Below the pieces are notes generated by a model. The model was not told the DNA's origin. It did no database searches and saw only the letters and a list, made by a program, of their open reading frames with translations. From NCBI RefSeq assembly GCF_009834535.1, contig NC_045713.1:6758001-6822000 (forward strand): DNA of 64,000 nt, given 5' to 3'. Origin of the DNA: Camelus ferus. Taxonomy: Eukaryota. Shown in pieces: positions 47,330-60,500 of the stretch; positions within the stretch are counted from its first letter, which is position 1; each line of letters opens with the position of its first letter. Position numbers and translations under genes: made by a program.

Positions 47330-48100
47330 CACCCCTATCAAACGTAGAATCTCCCCTTGTCTGTCCTCTTATGCTATTGTTTTCTTCCTAACACTCTTAG
47401 GGCTACTTGACATCCTGTTTATTTTAGTTTATTTCTGCTCCTGTAGAATGTTCTTTCCACAAGAGCAGGGACTTTTGTTGTATTTTCCACACCTAAAATA
47501 GTGCCTGCCATTTGGAATGAACCAAGGAATGACTAGGAGGAACTTTTGAGCTGAGATCTGATTGAAGTTAGGAATCGAGCCAGGAGTTACCTGTGGAAGA
47601 GAATTCCAGATAGAAGGAACAGCAAAGGCAAAGCCTGGAAGCAGATGTGTACTAGAAATGGCCAAGGAGCCAGTGTGACTGGAACAGAGGTTGTAAGGGA
47701 GACAATACTCAGAGATGAGATGAGGTGAGAGAGAGGACGCAGAACCCCTAAAGCCTCAGAGCCCACAGCAGGACTTAGGATTTTATTCGGAGACTGAGAG
47801 AAACTATGGGAGAGTTGTTTTAATTTCTTTTTTTTAACAGCTTTATTGAGATATTTTTGACCCATAACAATTGTATATATTTAAAGTGTACAGCTTGATG
47901 TTTTAATATATGTATACAGTGTGAAAAGAGCACCACAATTAAGCTAATTTACATATTCGTCACCTCTACGCAGTTACCATTGTCTGTGTTTGAGTGTGTG
48001 TTGAGAAAATGGGAGAATTTTGAGCAAGGAGTTGGCAAGATTCGACTTACATTCTTCTTACTATTCTTATGGTATGGTAACTATTGAGTTTAACGAATGA
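47330..48100. mobile_element. L2 fragments interrupted by an antisense L1 3' end (~47820-48000)
   Basis: ttttttaacagctttattgagatat...tttaaagtgtacagcttgatg is an antisense L1 3' terminus; flanks are L2-like. Confidence 0.7.
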
Positions 48101-48174
48101 ATGAAAACAAATCCCCAAGATGAGCACCAAAACCATGGAAATGGAGATGTGACCCCTTCCTCAGTCAAGAAACA

Positions 48175-48180
48175 TTTATT
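48175..48180 (-). terminator. PCOLCE: PCOLCE poly(A) signal AATAAA
   Basis: + strand tttatt ~50 nt past the TAA. Confidence 0.8.
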
Positions 48181-48228
48181 TGGATAAGAAAGGGGTCCTT
48201 AGGGCCACAGTCCGAGGCTGGCCTGGGC

Positions 48229-51200
48229 TTAGGCCTGGGACCCAGCAGCCTGAACAGGCTGGGATGCGCACCTCCTCTTGCTGAGGTTGGTGAGGATCTG
48301 GTCCTGGTTGGGCCGGTAGGGAACCACGAAGTTCTCTGGAGGAAGGATGAGACCTCTGTTCTCTTCCACCTGGCTCATCAGCAGGTAACTGGCTCCTGGG
48401 GAGGGGGAGGGAGGGATTGAGAGCTCATGTTATTGAGACCTTGTAGATGAACCTCCTCACCCTAGTCCCTCAGATTCTACCTCTATCGTGTTCATGAGGC
48501 TAAGTCCCCCTCTCCATTTCCCCACATCTCCATTTCCCCACATCTCCATTACCTTTCTTCATGTGGGGGCAGTGCTTGCAGGGCACGTAAAACTTTAAGG
48601 AGGTGTCAGTGGGTGGAGATGGCAGATCCAGGCCTCCGGTTTTGTAAACACCAATGAGACTGACAGTCACCATGAGGCCCTCCCCTGGGCCCCGAACCAT
48701 GGACTTCACTGTTGCGGTCACCACTGTGAGAGAGTTGAGGTGAGAGGTGAGGAGACAGGAGGCCAGGGCAGGGCTGGAACTAGAAAGAAGGGGGACTTTG
48801 GGGACAGGAGGGGAGATTAGGGGAGCTGAAAGGGCAGAGCTGGGGATGAAGCTTCTTACCCAGGTTGCTGTTACAGAAGTTGCTCTGCAAGGTGCCTTTC
48901 CGCCGGCACTGCTTTGGGCAGGGGACACTGGCTGCACCTGGTAGGGGATGGGGGCACTGTTTGTGGAGGGTAACCTACCCAGCAGGTAGGAAGGACCACT
49001 TTCCCCACCAAAGCCTCATTGCTTTGACCATGTTCAGGGCCCTATCCAGCTTTGGGTCCCAGCACCCAGTACCAGCCCTTAGCACAGAGGCGACACTAGT
49101 GAGTGTTGTATGAACAAATGAATGAGCGCAGGAAGGACCGCTGATACAGCTCCCTTCAGTCTGAGTCCACTTCCTCTCCCTTCCCAGACTCACCGGGGCC
49201 CACCGGAGCTGCCTCTGCCTTAGGTAGGGCCTTCAGTTTTTCCTCAGGTAGGGGTTCAGGCTTGACTTTGGTCCCGGCTCCAGGCTTGGGGCCTGGGCTG
49301 AGGAGCGGGGGACTCGACCGGGAGTCCTCCCCTGGGCTCCGGGCCGGCCCTTCTTCAGTGGCGCCCCGCGGCAGAGTCCTGTAGGAGGCTGAGAAGCCGT
49401 CGGCCGTGACGCTGAGGTCCGAGACGAACTGGACAAGGAGCTCGTTCCCTTCAGAGGAGATGGGACTGCGGGCGGCGGGGCAATAGGGTGTGGCGGTGCG
49501 AGGGCGTCAGGCGGGCAGCGCATCCTGCCCCCTACCCGGGCCGGTGGCCTTTTAACCTCTGCCCATCGGTGGCTGCATTAGCTTTCCGATTTCGCCAGCC
49601 CCACTCGCCTCTTGATCTGCGGACTCCAGGCTTGGCCCCAAACCCGGCTGCCTGTCAGGCGGTCTACCTGCTCCGCCCACCCACCTGGGCGCATCCCGCG
49701 TCTTAAGCTAAGCCCCGCCCCTCCCACCAGCAGAGCGCGGTCCCCGACTCCCGCACCTGAGGCGGTGGAGACGCCCACATTCCATCGCCCACCCGGGTCC
49801 GGCCCCCTCACCCCGGGGCGGTGTCGCCGCAGAACTTCCCCAGCCGCTTGGCGTCGTCGCTCACAGCTCCGTTGAACACGCTGACTGAGTCATAGCGGCA
49901 GTAGGAATCAGGTTCCAGGTCAAACTTACCGAAGGTCAGTGAGATCACCTAGCGGCAGGGAACAGGCAGAGGCTGCGCGGCGGGATTCCGGGGCGGCCGA
50001 GGGCGAGGAGCCCCCACCTCTCACCTCCTTCACCTCGCCGCTGCCTCCGGGACGCTCGCAGCGGCCCCCTCTCTCACCTTCCGCATCCCCTCGAACCCCC
50101 TCTCTTAATGCATTCAAAACACGGCTCGGAGAAACACACCCGTGGGAACCCTGCAGTGGCGTCCGTCGCCGTAGTCCGCAAGGTCAAGTCCACTTCCACC
50201 ACCACCACATACACGTACGCAGAAATCAGTTTATATCAACATCAGGTACCTCGCTTTCGTAAGGCTCGTCAGTTGCAATTTTACATTTTTTGTTTGGATG
50301 CAAGCAGGTCTGGGTCTGTTTTTGCTCCCCACCAAGGCAAGCTCAGTGCTTGGGACATAGTAGATGTTCAACAAATCTTTGCTGGCTGCATGCTGGAGGA
50401 CACCGCCTGGGTCCCCGAGGGCGGCTCGGNNNNNNNNNNNNNNNNNNNNNNNNNNNNNNNNNNNNNNNNNNNNNNNNNNNNNNNNNNNNNNNNNNNNNNN
50501 NNNNNNNNNNNNNNNNNNNNNNNNNNNNNNNNNNNNNNNNNNNNNNNNNNNNNNNNNNNNNNNNNNNNNNNNNNNNNNNNNNNNNNNNNNNNNNNNNNNN
50601 NGCGGTGGAGACCCTCCGTCAGCTGGAGGAGAGCTCTAGGCTGGGAGCCCGTGCAGAAAGCTCAGATGTCTGGGTCTCAGGATGAGGGGGCGAGAAGAGG
50701 AGGAGGGAGGACGGGGGTAGGTTAGCAGAGAAGGGGCTCGGAGGAGCGGGGCTCAGGGAGGTCTTGGACCGCGGAGGGTATATCTCGGACTACCGGGCGC
50801 CCTGGCGGGCGGTGGAAGGGGGAAGAGGAATTGACTGGACACGCTCCCTTCTTGCCCCTCCCCCTGACCCGAGGTCACATCACTCCTCTTCCCCTGGGAG
50901 ATCCCATCTCCCCAGTCCGGCAGAGAAGTCTCCATCGTGGCTGGAGAGTCCCCATGTTGTGAGGGTGCCCTCAAATTGGGGCACAGCCCGGGAGGCTCCT
51001 TTGGGGAGGTCCCTGCCTTAAACATTTTAGGGGAGACTTCTGCCGCCAGGAGGGGGTTGATGGGACCGCAATCGGGAGCCCTGGGCTGGGTGTAGGAGGT
51101 TCCGGGTCGGGGGAATCTAGTCCCCCGGTCCGGGGGTGCCCCCTTGCGCCCGTCTGAGGGAGCCCGATTGCGGACGGGGGCGGGCAGTTACTCACCGTCC

Positions 51201-53230
51201 CAGTAACCCCAGGCCGCCCATTCCACCCGCGGGTCCGTGACCCATTTCCGCCTCGCGCCTGGGGGGGGGCCTGGAAGAGGGGTGGGTGGGAGCGGGAGGT
51301 GGGGAGAGAAGACGGGGAGGAGGGACTGAAGGGGCAGTTAGTGAGGAAAAAGGGTTAAGGGAGATAATGGGGGCCCCAGGCTCTTGGGGTGGAGGTTAAG
51401 GCTGGGGGGGGGGCCTGCGCCAGGGGCGGGCTAGGAGAAGGAGAAGGCGGAGGTGAGGGAGGTCTCACCAGTGCCTGAGGTGGCCCGCCCGCTGTACCAG
51501 AGCAGGAAGCCTCGTCCTCCCGTGCCCTCGTCGGATGTCATCCTCAGGGTCACCTGGTTGCCAGGGGCGACTAAGGGCGCTGGCCGGAAGGTCCCACAGA
51601 AGCGTCCAAGCCGCTGGCCCGAGGTTCCAGTCCCAGTAAAGACCTCCAGAGCATCGTAACGGCAGGAGGGGTGCAGCTCCAGGTCAAAGACTCGGAAGGA
51701 GAGAGTCACAGTCTGGCTCTCAGGGACCTGATGGCGGGACAGGGGTGGGGACCTGCAAAGTCAGGCCAAACACAACCAGGTGGAGGGCACCTCCCTTTCC
51801 CCAAGCATTTCCTACAGAAACTGGGCCTGAGCGGGCGGGGGCTTTGTCAGGGTGCAGAGCAAAGGGCTTGTGGCTTGCGCAGGGGACAAGACCTGAGGTC
51901 TGTGGAGAGACTAAAGTGGGTGGGCACAAAGTTGGGAAAGGAAAAGCAGGCTCTGAGTTAAGGTGTGAGGACACCTGCCACGTGTTATTGTGAGCACTGA
52001 TGCCATCAGTGACCAGAGGGGAGGGGCTTGGACTTCCCCAGGGAGAAGCTGTGGTGCTTCGGGGTGGGCAGGGGGCCCACCCTTTGGCTACCTGGACCCA
52101 GGCCTTGGAGACTTTGACAAGGGGGTAGTGGCCAGAGGGGCCTTCTCACCGTTACTGTCCAGATGCACTCCTTATTGGGGGGGTAGTGGTTAGGGAAACC
52201 CTCACTTGCCAGGTAGCCGGACTCCCCAGTCACAGACCCTCCGCACAGGAACACAGGTCTGGACAACAGAAGAGACACCAGCCATGAGTAGGGGAGTAGC
52301 GGGGAAACTGGGATAGGGTAAAGAGGATGGGGAGGCCAAGGAGGGAAACCAGGGGGATGAGGGAGAAAGGCCCAAGGGATCTGGGGTACCCTTAATCAGC
52401 CAGGACAGGACTGGGGTGGGAAACACTCCAGTAGAGGGTCAAGAAAAAGTGGGGCCAGCAACTTGGCTGTCCTTCCAGCCCCTTGGAGGCCCCACCCCCA
52501 TCCCAACAGGAATTCCCGGAATCCTCCTCAGCCCCCCTTCCTCATTCTCCCCCCTCGCCCTGCCTGGCAGTCAGAGACAGGAGCCGCCTAACTAATTCCA
52601 GATGTGGACACAGCCACGAGGCGGTTGGGAGGGGTGGGGGCGGGGAGATGAGAGAGAAACAGCGGCTTGGGCCCTTAGATTGAACCTGGAGACTGGGTTC
52701 CCTGAGCTCCCAACCTTTGCCCTGATCCAGTTACAGCTAACTACTTGAGTGCCTGACTCCCTAGTCTCCCCCCTCCCCCCCTCCCCAATCTCTCTAATTC
52801 CCTCCTAGAATCCAGATGTCCAGCTACCAGGCAAGTTCAAAGTCTTGGTGCTCTCAGGTTCCAGGCAGGGCCAAGGGTCTGAGTAGAGGGGGAGACTTAG
52901 AGGGCAGAGGACGGACTGTGGAGGAGTGAGGAGCAGTGGTGACCTGCAGGAGACAGTGATCTTGCAGCAGAGAGGGAGGACTTGGGGACCAGAGGAGGGT
53001 AGGGGCTCTGGGCGATCTGGAGGGGAGATGTTAGCAAAAGAATCCACAAAATCCATAGGCACAACACACCCCCCCACCGCCTTTTCCCAAGGAATCAGGG
53101 ACTTCAAGCTATCTGGAAGGTGCCAAGAGACCTACCTGGTGTAGTTGGGGGTCTGGCCCTGGGCGAAAGGCAGCAGAACCCAGGCAGTGAGGAGGGGCCC
53201 CAGGAGGGAGGCTGTGGCAGCAGGCAGCAT
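48229..53230 (-). CDS. PCOLCE: Procollagen C-endopeptidase enhancer 1 (signal peptide, CUB1, CUB2, NTR), ~470 aa
   Basis: Exons 53136-53230, 52150-52258, 51469-51727, [exon 4 inferred inside N-block 50430-50601], 49812-49948, 49194-49465, 48860-48937, 48553-48723, 48229-48395 (TAA). [14 protein letters not shown]...; CUB motifs CRYDALEVF and CRYDSVSVF; NTR CPKQCRR...SNFC. Confidence 0.96.
49300..51700. other. PCOLCE: Intragenic CpG-rich region in PCOLCE (exons 3-6)
   Basis: CpG density stays high through introns 3-5, away from the gene's TSS. Confidence 0.65.
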
Positions 53231-54310
53231 GGCCGGGCGGGGGGAGAGGCGCTGGGGTCCTCAAGACAGAGGCAGCAGCTGAGTTCAGCAGCGGCAGCAG
53301 CAGCAGCAGCAGAGATAATCAGTGCCAGATGAGGCAGCCTCGGGTGTGTGGGCGTGGGGACTGGCCAGTGGGGCGGGCGGTGGGGAAGGCGGGACAGGGA
53401 GAGCAGAGCTGGGACAGTAGCGAGTCCAGGGGCCTCTCTGGGTCCAGGACACATAAATACTGACCTAGTAGGGGTTGGAGCAATGAAGGGCAGAGGGAGC
53501 ATCAGGCTCTCAGCCATAATCCAGGCAATACAGTCACGTCATCTGGACCCCACTCTGTCCAGTGCCAGAGCATCCTTCCAACATAGCCTGTGGTCCTTCC
53601 CGAGGACTTTACATCCCATCCATGATCCCCCACCATTCCCGCTTCCTCAGCACCCACAAGTCATTCCCTGGACTCCCAACCCCTAATCACTTACCCTCTT
53701 CCTGACCACCCCCTGCTCCAGCTTATTTTCCACTTCAAATTTCTACTGTCTTCTCTTCATCCCGGGGCCAAACTAGGCCACAAAGAATTCTGTTCACCCA
53801 TCTTCTCTCCCAAATATTTGGAGGTATGGGTGTGGGGTAGGGAGGCAAGGTATGTGGATAAAAGGAGTGTTTTACTTATTGAGGAAGAGGAAGCTGGAGT
53901 AGAAAGGAAGGGAAAAGGACATGTGAGACCAGACCTGGAAGGTAAATGGGGGGAAAGGGGGGTTGACTTCACAGGGATGAAGGGAAATGGGTGAGAAGCT
54001 TTCTGAAGTCAGAAGGAAGCGTCTTCCTCCATCTGGTGAACAGAGCATCCAAGTAGGGAAACCAAGTAGACGTGGACTGAGTCATCTTGGAGGGCAGGGT
54101 GCCTGGTCTTGGGGTTGGGAGAGGAAAATGGGCTGAAGGATCCAGGTGCTGTCAACTCTGCAGTAAGTGACAGCTTGAGCTGCGGCTGCTCTGCCTGCCC
54201 AGTCACGCTCCTACCCTCCCTCGTCCACCAAGCGAGGCATCAGGTCCGCCAACTCCTGCCCTGTGTTCCTCCCAGGACCCAGGGTTCCAAACCAGGCCTT
54301 GCTTCAGCCT

Positions 54311-54316
54311 TTTATT
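54311..54316 (-). terminator. FBXO24: FBXO24 poly(A) signal AATAAA
   Basis: + strand tttatt ~230 nt past the stop. Confidence 0.75.
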
Positions 54317-54548
54317 GTATTTATCCATCAAATCTTTTGTCCATGATAGTCAGGTCAGGGGCCCCTCCTGGGTAGCCCCCCAAATATTTTACAAAACATT
54401 TCCCTGCCCACCCTGGCATGTCTAGCAGGCCCCACCCTCGTGTGGTCCCCCACCCCCACCCCAGTGTTCACTGCCACCACTTCATCTCTCCTTAGCCCCT
54501 GGCCCAGGGCTGGACTCCCCCTTCAGGGGTGAGACTAGGAGAGGGAGG

Positions 54549-57500
54549 TCAGCTTTCAGGGGTTGGGGGGCCTTGGCCAACCCCTCCAGCAGCCCTCTGC
54601 AGCATGTCCAGGGCCTCCCAGAAGAAATCTTTCTGCGCAGCCATCAAGGGCATCCAGCCTACGATCTCTTTCATCTTTTCCATGCGGTCCTGCAACGTGG
54701 GGCAACTGTGGATCTGGCTGAGGTACTCCTCACAGGCCCGGGCTGCCCCTCCGGGGTCCTCAGGCACTCCGGCCCCCAGGCTGGGCTCGGGGGTCCCCAC
54801 CACCCTGCTGGCTGGGAGGTCCCTGTAGGCGGGATGGTGCTCGATGTCATGGCTGGACAGCATGTAGAGGCACTCTCGGGTCGAGCAGAGAGAGCAGGCA
54901 CACAGAGGGACCTTGGAGGACAGACGCGGCGTGGCTGAGTGGGGCCTTAGTGAGGGGTTCCCAGGAAGCCCCAGCTGTTGTGTTCCTCCCACTCAGACCA
55001 GCCCTGAGCCAGCAAGTGAGCTGGCTGGCTGAGCCCCAAGGTTGTGCGAGGTCAGAGAGGACCAGCAAGGTCAGCTAAGGGAGAGCCAAGTGCCATGGTA
55101 CGTGGCAGGACTGGGAGGTGGGTGGTGCTGGGGAAGCGGGCCCTGCGGGAGTCCCAGCTACAGTCCTAGGGGCCACCTGGCTCTGTGGCCCCGGCCCTCC
55201 CTGGTTGCTGGCTCTGCTCTGACCTTGACATGGAGCTTGACGAAGGAGGCGCTCCCCTTAGGCCAGCCAGGGAGGCGGCCTCCGGCCCCACAGCCACAGC
55301 CCAACAGCTCCTTGCTGAAGTCCGAGCCCTGGCTTAGCACCAGGGAGTGGTTGAGGCCACACCACAGGGCGATGGGGCGTTGCAGATAATGTACCTGAGG
55401 ACACAGGGCCGGGGTCCCTGAGCAGGGAAAGCCAAGGGACTGGGGGGCCCAGGTTGGAGATGGGTGACAGAAAGGCTCAGGGCAGCATCTCAGGAAACTA
55501 GGGGATGGAAGAGATGGACCCAGAATACTTCCCCCTCCCCTAAGAGATCTGACTGCAGACTGGCAGCCATCTCCCCTTCCTTTGTTCCCTGGCAGCCCTA
55601 GACTGAGCACAAGAGCTCTAGCATGTCTGTGGGTTCCTCCTCCTGGCTCCCTGGAACACAGGCTTCTTGCCTGAGTCCAGGGCCCACTATCTGCTCCCTC
55701 ATCTGGGCCCCCGCAGGCCTGGGCCAGTCCATCCTCTCATCCTGCCTTCCAGCCTCGAGGGAGGAAGAGCCTTCCTCTTGCTCGCTGTGCAATTCCAGGT
55801 CAGGGCCCAGGAAGGATCTGCCTTCCCCTTATTCCTTCCTTCCCTCTCTAGTATTTTCAACTTGTCTTATCTTTCCAAATGGCCACCCTGTTTTGGAAAA
55901 ACATTACCATCTGATTCCTGCTGCTTCCTACCTGTATTTTAGGCAGCAGGACTGGCTATGCGATCAGTCTGAGGTGGACCACGTTCTTGTTCTCACCACA
56001 GCCAGCCTCTCCTGAACCTTCTGTGATTTGGCTTCTCTCCCTGCTACACTATGATGTGTTCTCTCCAAAGGCACTTGACCTCCCAGCTGCCAAGTCCCAG
56101 GGCCTCCCCTGTACACTTTCTCCTGAGACTGTGAGCGCTTTAATTCAGAAGACATACATAAGTAATTGATGGTCTTTATAGAAATAAAGTTATAAACTAT
56201 TGGCAAGCAAAAATTAATTTAAACAATCACTGGAAATCCCACCACCCACTATTGCTGTCTGGCTGGATATTCTTCCTCACTGTTGCCTGTATAACCATAC
56301 ACACGAAAGTTGTCTATTTTTAAACAAAAATGGACTGTGTTCTGTAAACCATGTCATGATTTTTTTTTCACTTAAAAATATGGCCTGACCATCTTTCCAT
56401 GTCAGTGAGTATATTCCTACAGTGAGTATATTCATCACTGTCACCATTAACCACCCCCTCCTTTTTGAAACTTTCTGTGCTCATGGCTTTGGGGATGTGG
56501 CATTTGAGGGCGTGTCTCTGTCTCAGAGACAATTCTGTCAGTCCCTCTGCCTACAATGGCGGCTGCCACCCAGGTTTGCTCCTCTATCTCTGCTTTTGTG
56601 GTTTCAACCTCGTTCAACATGGAATCCAGCTAGACATTTCTACTTTAGTGTTTTACTCTCACTGCAAAAAAAAAGTCCAAATTCACATTATTTTCTCAAA
56701 CCAGCATTCCTTTCCAACTCACAGGTGTACTGGTGATACCATCTATTGTCACAGCCACCTATGTCCTAGGTCACTAGGTCCTAGTTTCCAGAACCTGTTC
56801 ATTTTCTTTCAAAACACCTCACAAATCCATTCCTTTCTGTCCTCACTGCTGCTGTACCAGCCACAGGTCCTTGTCTCAGGTGCTCGAGTCACTCAGCAGC
56901 CTCGCTGGGCCTCTCACTGGTGGCCTCCTGTGCCCCCTGGCCGGGTGATCTATTCTCAGTCATCTGGGGGTTGCCTTCTCCTGCTCCAGAACTTGCCATG
57001 ACTCTTTTCCAAATCTGTACGTCTATAGATTCACAGCCACCTATATCGCCTCATATTTACCAGTTTCCAAAACACACTCTGCTCTAGTCAAGCCGGTCTT
57101 TCCACTGTCTCAGGGATGTGCAAGCTTCCTCCCCATCTCCATTACACAGGATGCCTTTCCTGGTACCCACCTGAATCCTATCTAACCCACTGGGCCCTGC
57201 TCGCATCTCACCTCTTCTAGTTACTTTGCTCCCTGCCCACCTCCCTACTCCACTCAGTTCCTACTGCACTTACAGCTCCCACCTCGTGGGGCCCACCCTG
57301 GGTGAGGCATGCCACAGTAGCACAGGCATTACGTACTGGTTGGCTTAACTTCCTGGGGAGTTGGAAGTGGATTCTATGGAAACTAGAGAAGTGAAGAGAT
57401 CCAGGGGTTAGGGAATTAGAGGAAGGAAGGGGCTCAGGATGAGAGTGGCTGGGAAGCAGTCTCACCTGTGTGGGTTCCCCTCGGTCCATTTTGTCCCCTG

Positions 57501-60500
57501 TTCCCAGCTGCCCATATCTGTTATTTCCCTGCATAAAGATTCGGCCAAATTCATCCACCAGGCCAAGGTGATTGTAGCCAAGAGCACAGAATAGGATCTA
57601 GGAGGTAAGGTTGAAAAGGGAGATGAGCATCCAGTTGTCTCCAGAAGAACTCAGAGCTCCAGACTCTCCCAACTGCGAACCTACCATCGCCAGCTGATCA
57701 CTTTCGGTCTTGCCCACTAGGTCACCCCTCTCCCTGGGTCCCCTGACCCTCCCTGATCAATTATTTGATTCCTGATCATATTTCAGAGTTTCAGTACCTT
57801 GCAGTCTCAAAGGCCCCACCCCCTCTGGTCTGCCCTGCCNNNNNNNNNNNNNNNNNNNNNNNNNNNNNNNNNNNNNNNNNNNNNNNNNNNNNNNNNNNNN
57901 NNNNNNNNNNNNNNNNNNNNNNNNNNNNNNNNNNNNNNNNNNNNNNNNNNNNNNNNNNNNNNNNNNNNNNNNNNNNNNNNNNNNNNNNNNNNNNNTCAGC
58001 TCAGCAGCTTTGGGCACCCATTTCCTAGGGGTAAGGCCCTACCTGGGACAAAAGATGCAAGGTCTGGGGAGCCTCACACCCACTATGCACCAGATATGAC
58101 GTCTGGGCACCTAAACACACCTCTTTACTAGGATGCCCTATGGGTCCACCACAGAGCTGGACCAAGGATAAGGAGGGGTGTCTGTATCTGGAAGGTCTGT
58201 CCACAGTTGGGATCTGTGGAAGAAGGGAGGTGGTTCTTACCCGTGATGTACAGAGTACTGCTCTGGTTGGAAGCCATGCAGGCCACACGCAGGTGAGGGA
58301 GGCAACGGGACACCTTCCTCAGGGCCAGCTGAACTGTGTAGGAGCGTGGCTGATCCAGCTGGGTTTCATTCACTACCAAAGAGTAGATCTTTCCTTCCTC
58401 TGGGGGAGGGGGCAGGGAGGTAGACAATTGTGCGGGTGAGGGGACCCTCCAACATCTGCATTAACTTCCCAAGAAACTCCCTAAGACATAACAGGACAAA
58501 ACATTCACTGGCCCAGAGTAGGGTTGGAAGAAAAAGGGTAGAGGTGAAAAAGGGAAGTTCCCTTGACTCCATCCCTTACTACCAAAACTAAATCAGGGAA
58601 GTTCTTCAGTGTGAGAGATGAGTAGAGAGAAAGCCGAGCAGTTGGATGTGACGGAATCCAATTTGAGTGCTGGGAAGGGTGATGTCTAGGGATTTAGGGT
58701 CCTGCCTAGCATTAAGAAATCTGGAAGGTCTCAGGCTTGGGCATGTGGTCGTCGAGTACAGGGAACACAGAAAGTAGGGGACAGTTTGGGGTATAAAGTG
58801 CCTGGCACGAAGGTTGGGGAGATCAGAATTTAAAATATCAGGTGTTCACTAGAACAATGGTTTCCAAACGATTTTTTGTAGCAGGACTTCTGAAACATTA
58901 TGTGGAATCCTAGGCTAGGAGACAGACAAAAGCAGAGCTGTTTGGTTTGAGAGCAGGACAAGGTGGCATGTAGAACCCTTGGTGAGAGGCTTCCCTCCTC
59001 ACCTCCCACAGCAGGTTCTGAAGAATCTGCAGGAAACAGTTTGCAAACCACTGCTCTAAGCCCTACCTGTGAGGAGCAGCAGAGCCCGTTGGGTCTCCTG
59101 ACCGACCAGCACAATCTGCTTGAAGTTCATGGAGTGGTGGAAGGTCATCTTGAAGACCCGCTGCCCACTGGACTGCAGGTAGACCTCCACACAGTCGCAG
59201 GCCCGGCTGCCGGTTGTCCCCGTCACTCCCGGCTGCTCCCGAGTGGCCAACACATAGAGGTATTTCCGGTAAACTGTGTCACATCTTGGGTCTGAGGCAA
59301 ACTGTAGGAGAAGATGAAGGTGTCTGGGACCTAGGGACTTGTAGTGGGATGAGGCTGAGGGAGCTGGACCGTTGGGTAGGGGATGATATACTTGGGTCCA
59401 GGGCTCGGAAATGAGGACTTGGTTTCTGGTTCCTGGTATGGGAGGGCGACTGTCCTGAGGGGGACACCTCAGGACTGCTGTGGGCCCTGGGTTCCCGGAG
59501 GAGAGGTGGGGTCTCAGCTTCCAGGGTCCTGATACTCACATCCTTGGCTCCGCGACACAACACAACATAGCGGCAGGCCCGCTTCCACTGGATCTGGCCA
59601 AGGGTGGAGGAGACCAGGGCATTTTTGAGGAAGAAGAGGGTCCCTGCATAGTCAAGAATGAAGACGTGGTCCTTGGTGGGCAGGAAGCGACGGTAGCCAT
59701 GGGCTAGCAGGGGGGCTACGCTCTTGCTGAGACAGCGGCGGCGGCCCCCAAATGCCTGGAAATACAGGCCCTTTGTGTCTGGAAAAGGGAAAGGAGAGGG
59801 AGGTTTAAGGAGGCGAGAAGGTGCAGGCAGATGAATCAGAACTTGGGCCAACTGGAGTTCTCAGATCCCATGGGCTTTAGCTCCTCTCCTTCCCCAAGCC
59901 TGGGGAACAGACCCCTTCCAAGGGGCATTTGGGAAGCTTAGACAATACCCAAAATTATACCCCATGCCTGAACTTCAGTTGTTTGCCCCACCTCAGGCCA
60001 GGGCCATACACATGCTTCTAAGTGGGCACTTCTCTGGTCCAAACTTGCATAAGAGACATCAAAGGAAATATCAGAATTCACAAAAAAGCAGAAGGAGGAG
60101 TGAAAAGGAATGAAGGGAAAGGCCAGGAACCCTTCCTCACCCCTTGCTCTGGACCTGCTATCTGGATCTCAATCTCTGATGTGTGAGGTAAAGTTATTGG
60201 ACAGGTGCTCCCTGGGAAGGGAGGGAGTTAGAGCATGTTTCTCAACCTGGAGGTGATTTTTGTCCCTCAGGGAACATGTCACAAATGGAGAAGGTGCTAG
60301 TGGCCTCTAGTGGGTAGAGGCCAGGGATGTTGCTAAACATTCTACAATGCAAAGGACAGCCCCTCCCTCCAAAGAATTATTTGGCCCAAAGTTTCAACAG
60401 TGACAAGGTTGAAAAATCCTGGTTTAGAAAAGTGAGAACTCCAGGTCTGGAGAGAGGAGGACGTCTCAAGGTAAGATTTGGAAGAGTTTGAATATGGAGG

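Noticed and set aside
49194-49465. PCOLCE CUB2-NTR linker about 19 aa longer than human
   Set aside because: As I recall, the rodent protein also has the long linker, so it is probably ancestral rather than a novelty.
50108-50725. 205-aa ORF in PCOLCE intron 4, and other long ORFs containing X runs
   Set aside because: Length is inflated by N-blocks, which cannot contain stops.
56403-56433. 14-bp direct repeat cagtgagtatattc
   Set aside because: Local duplication inside an old L1 fragment; no sign of function.
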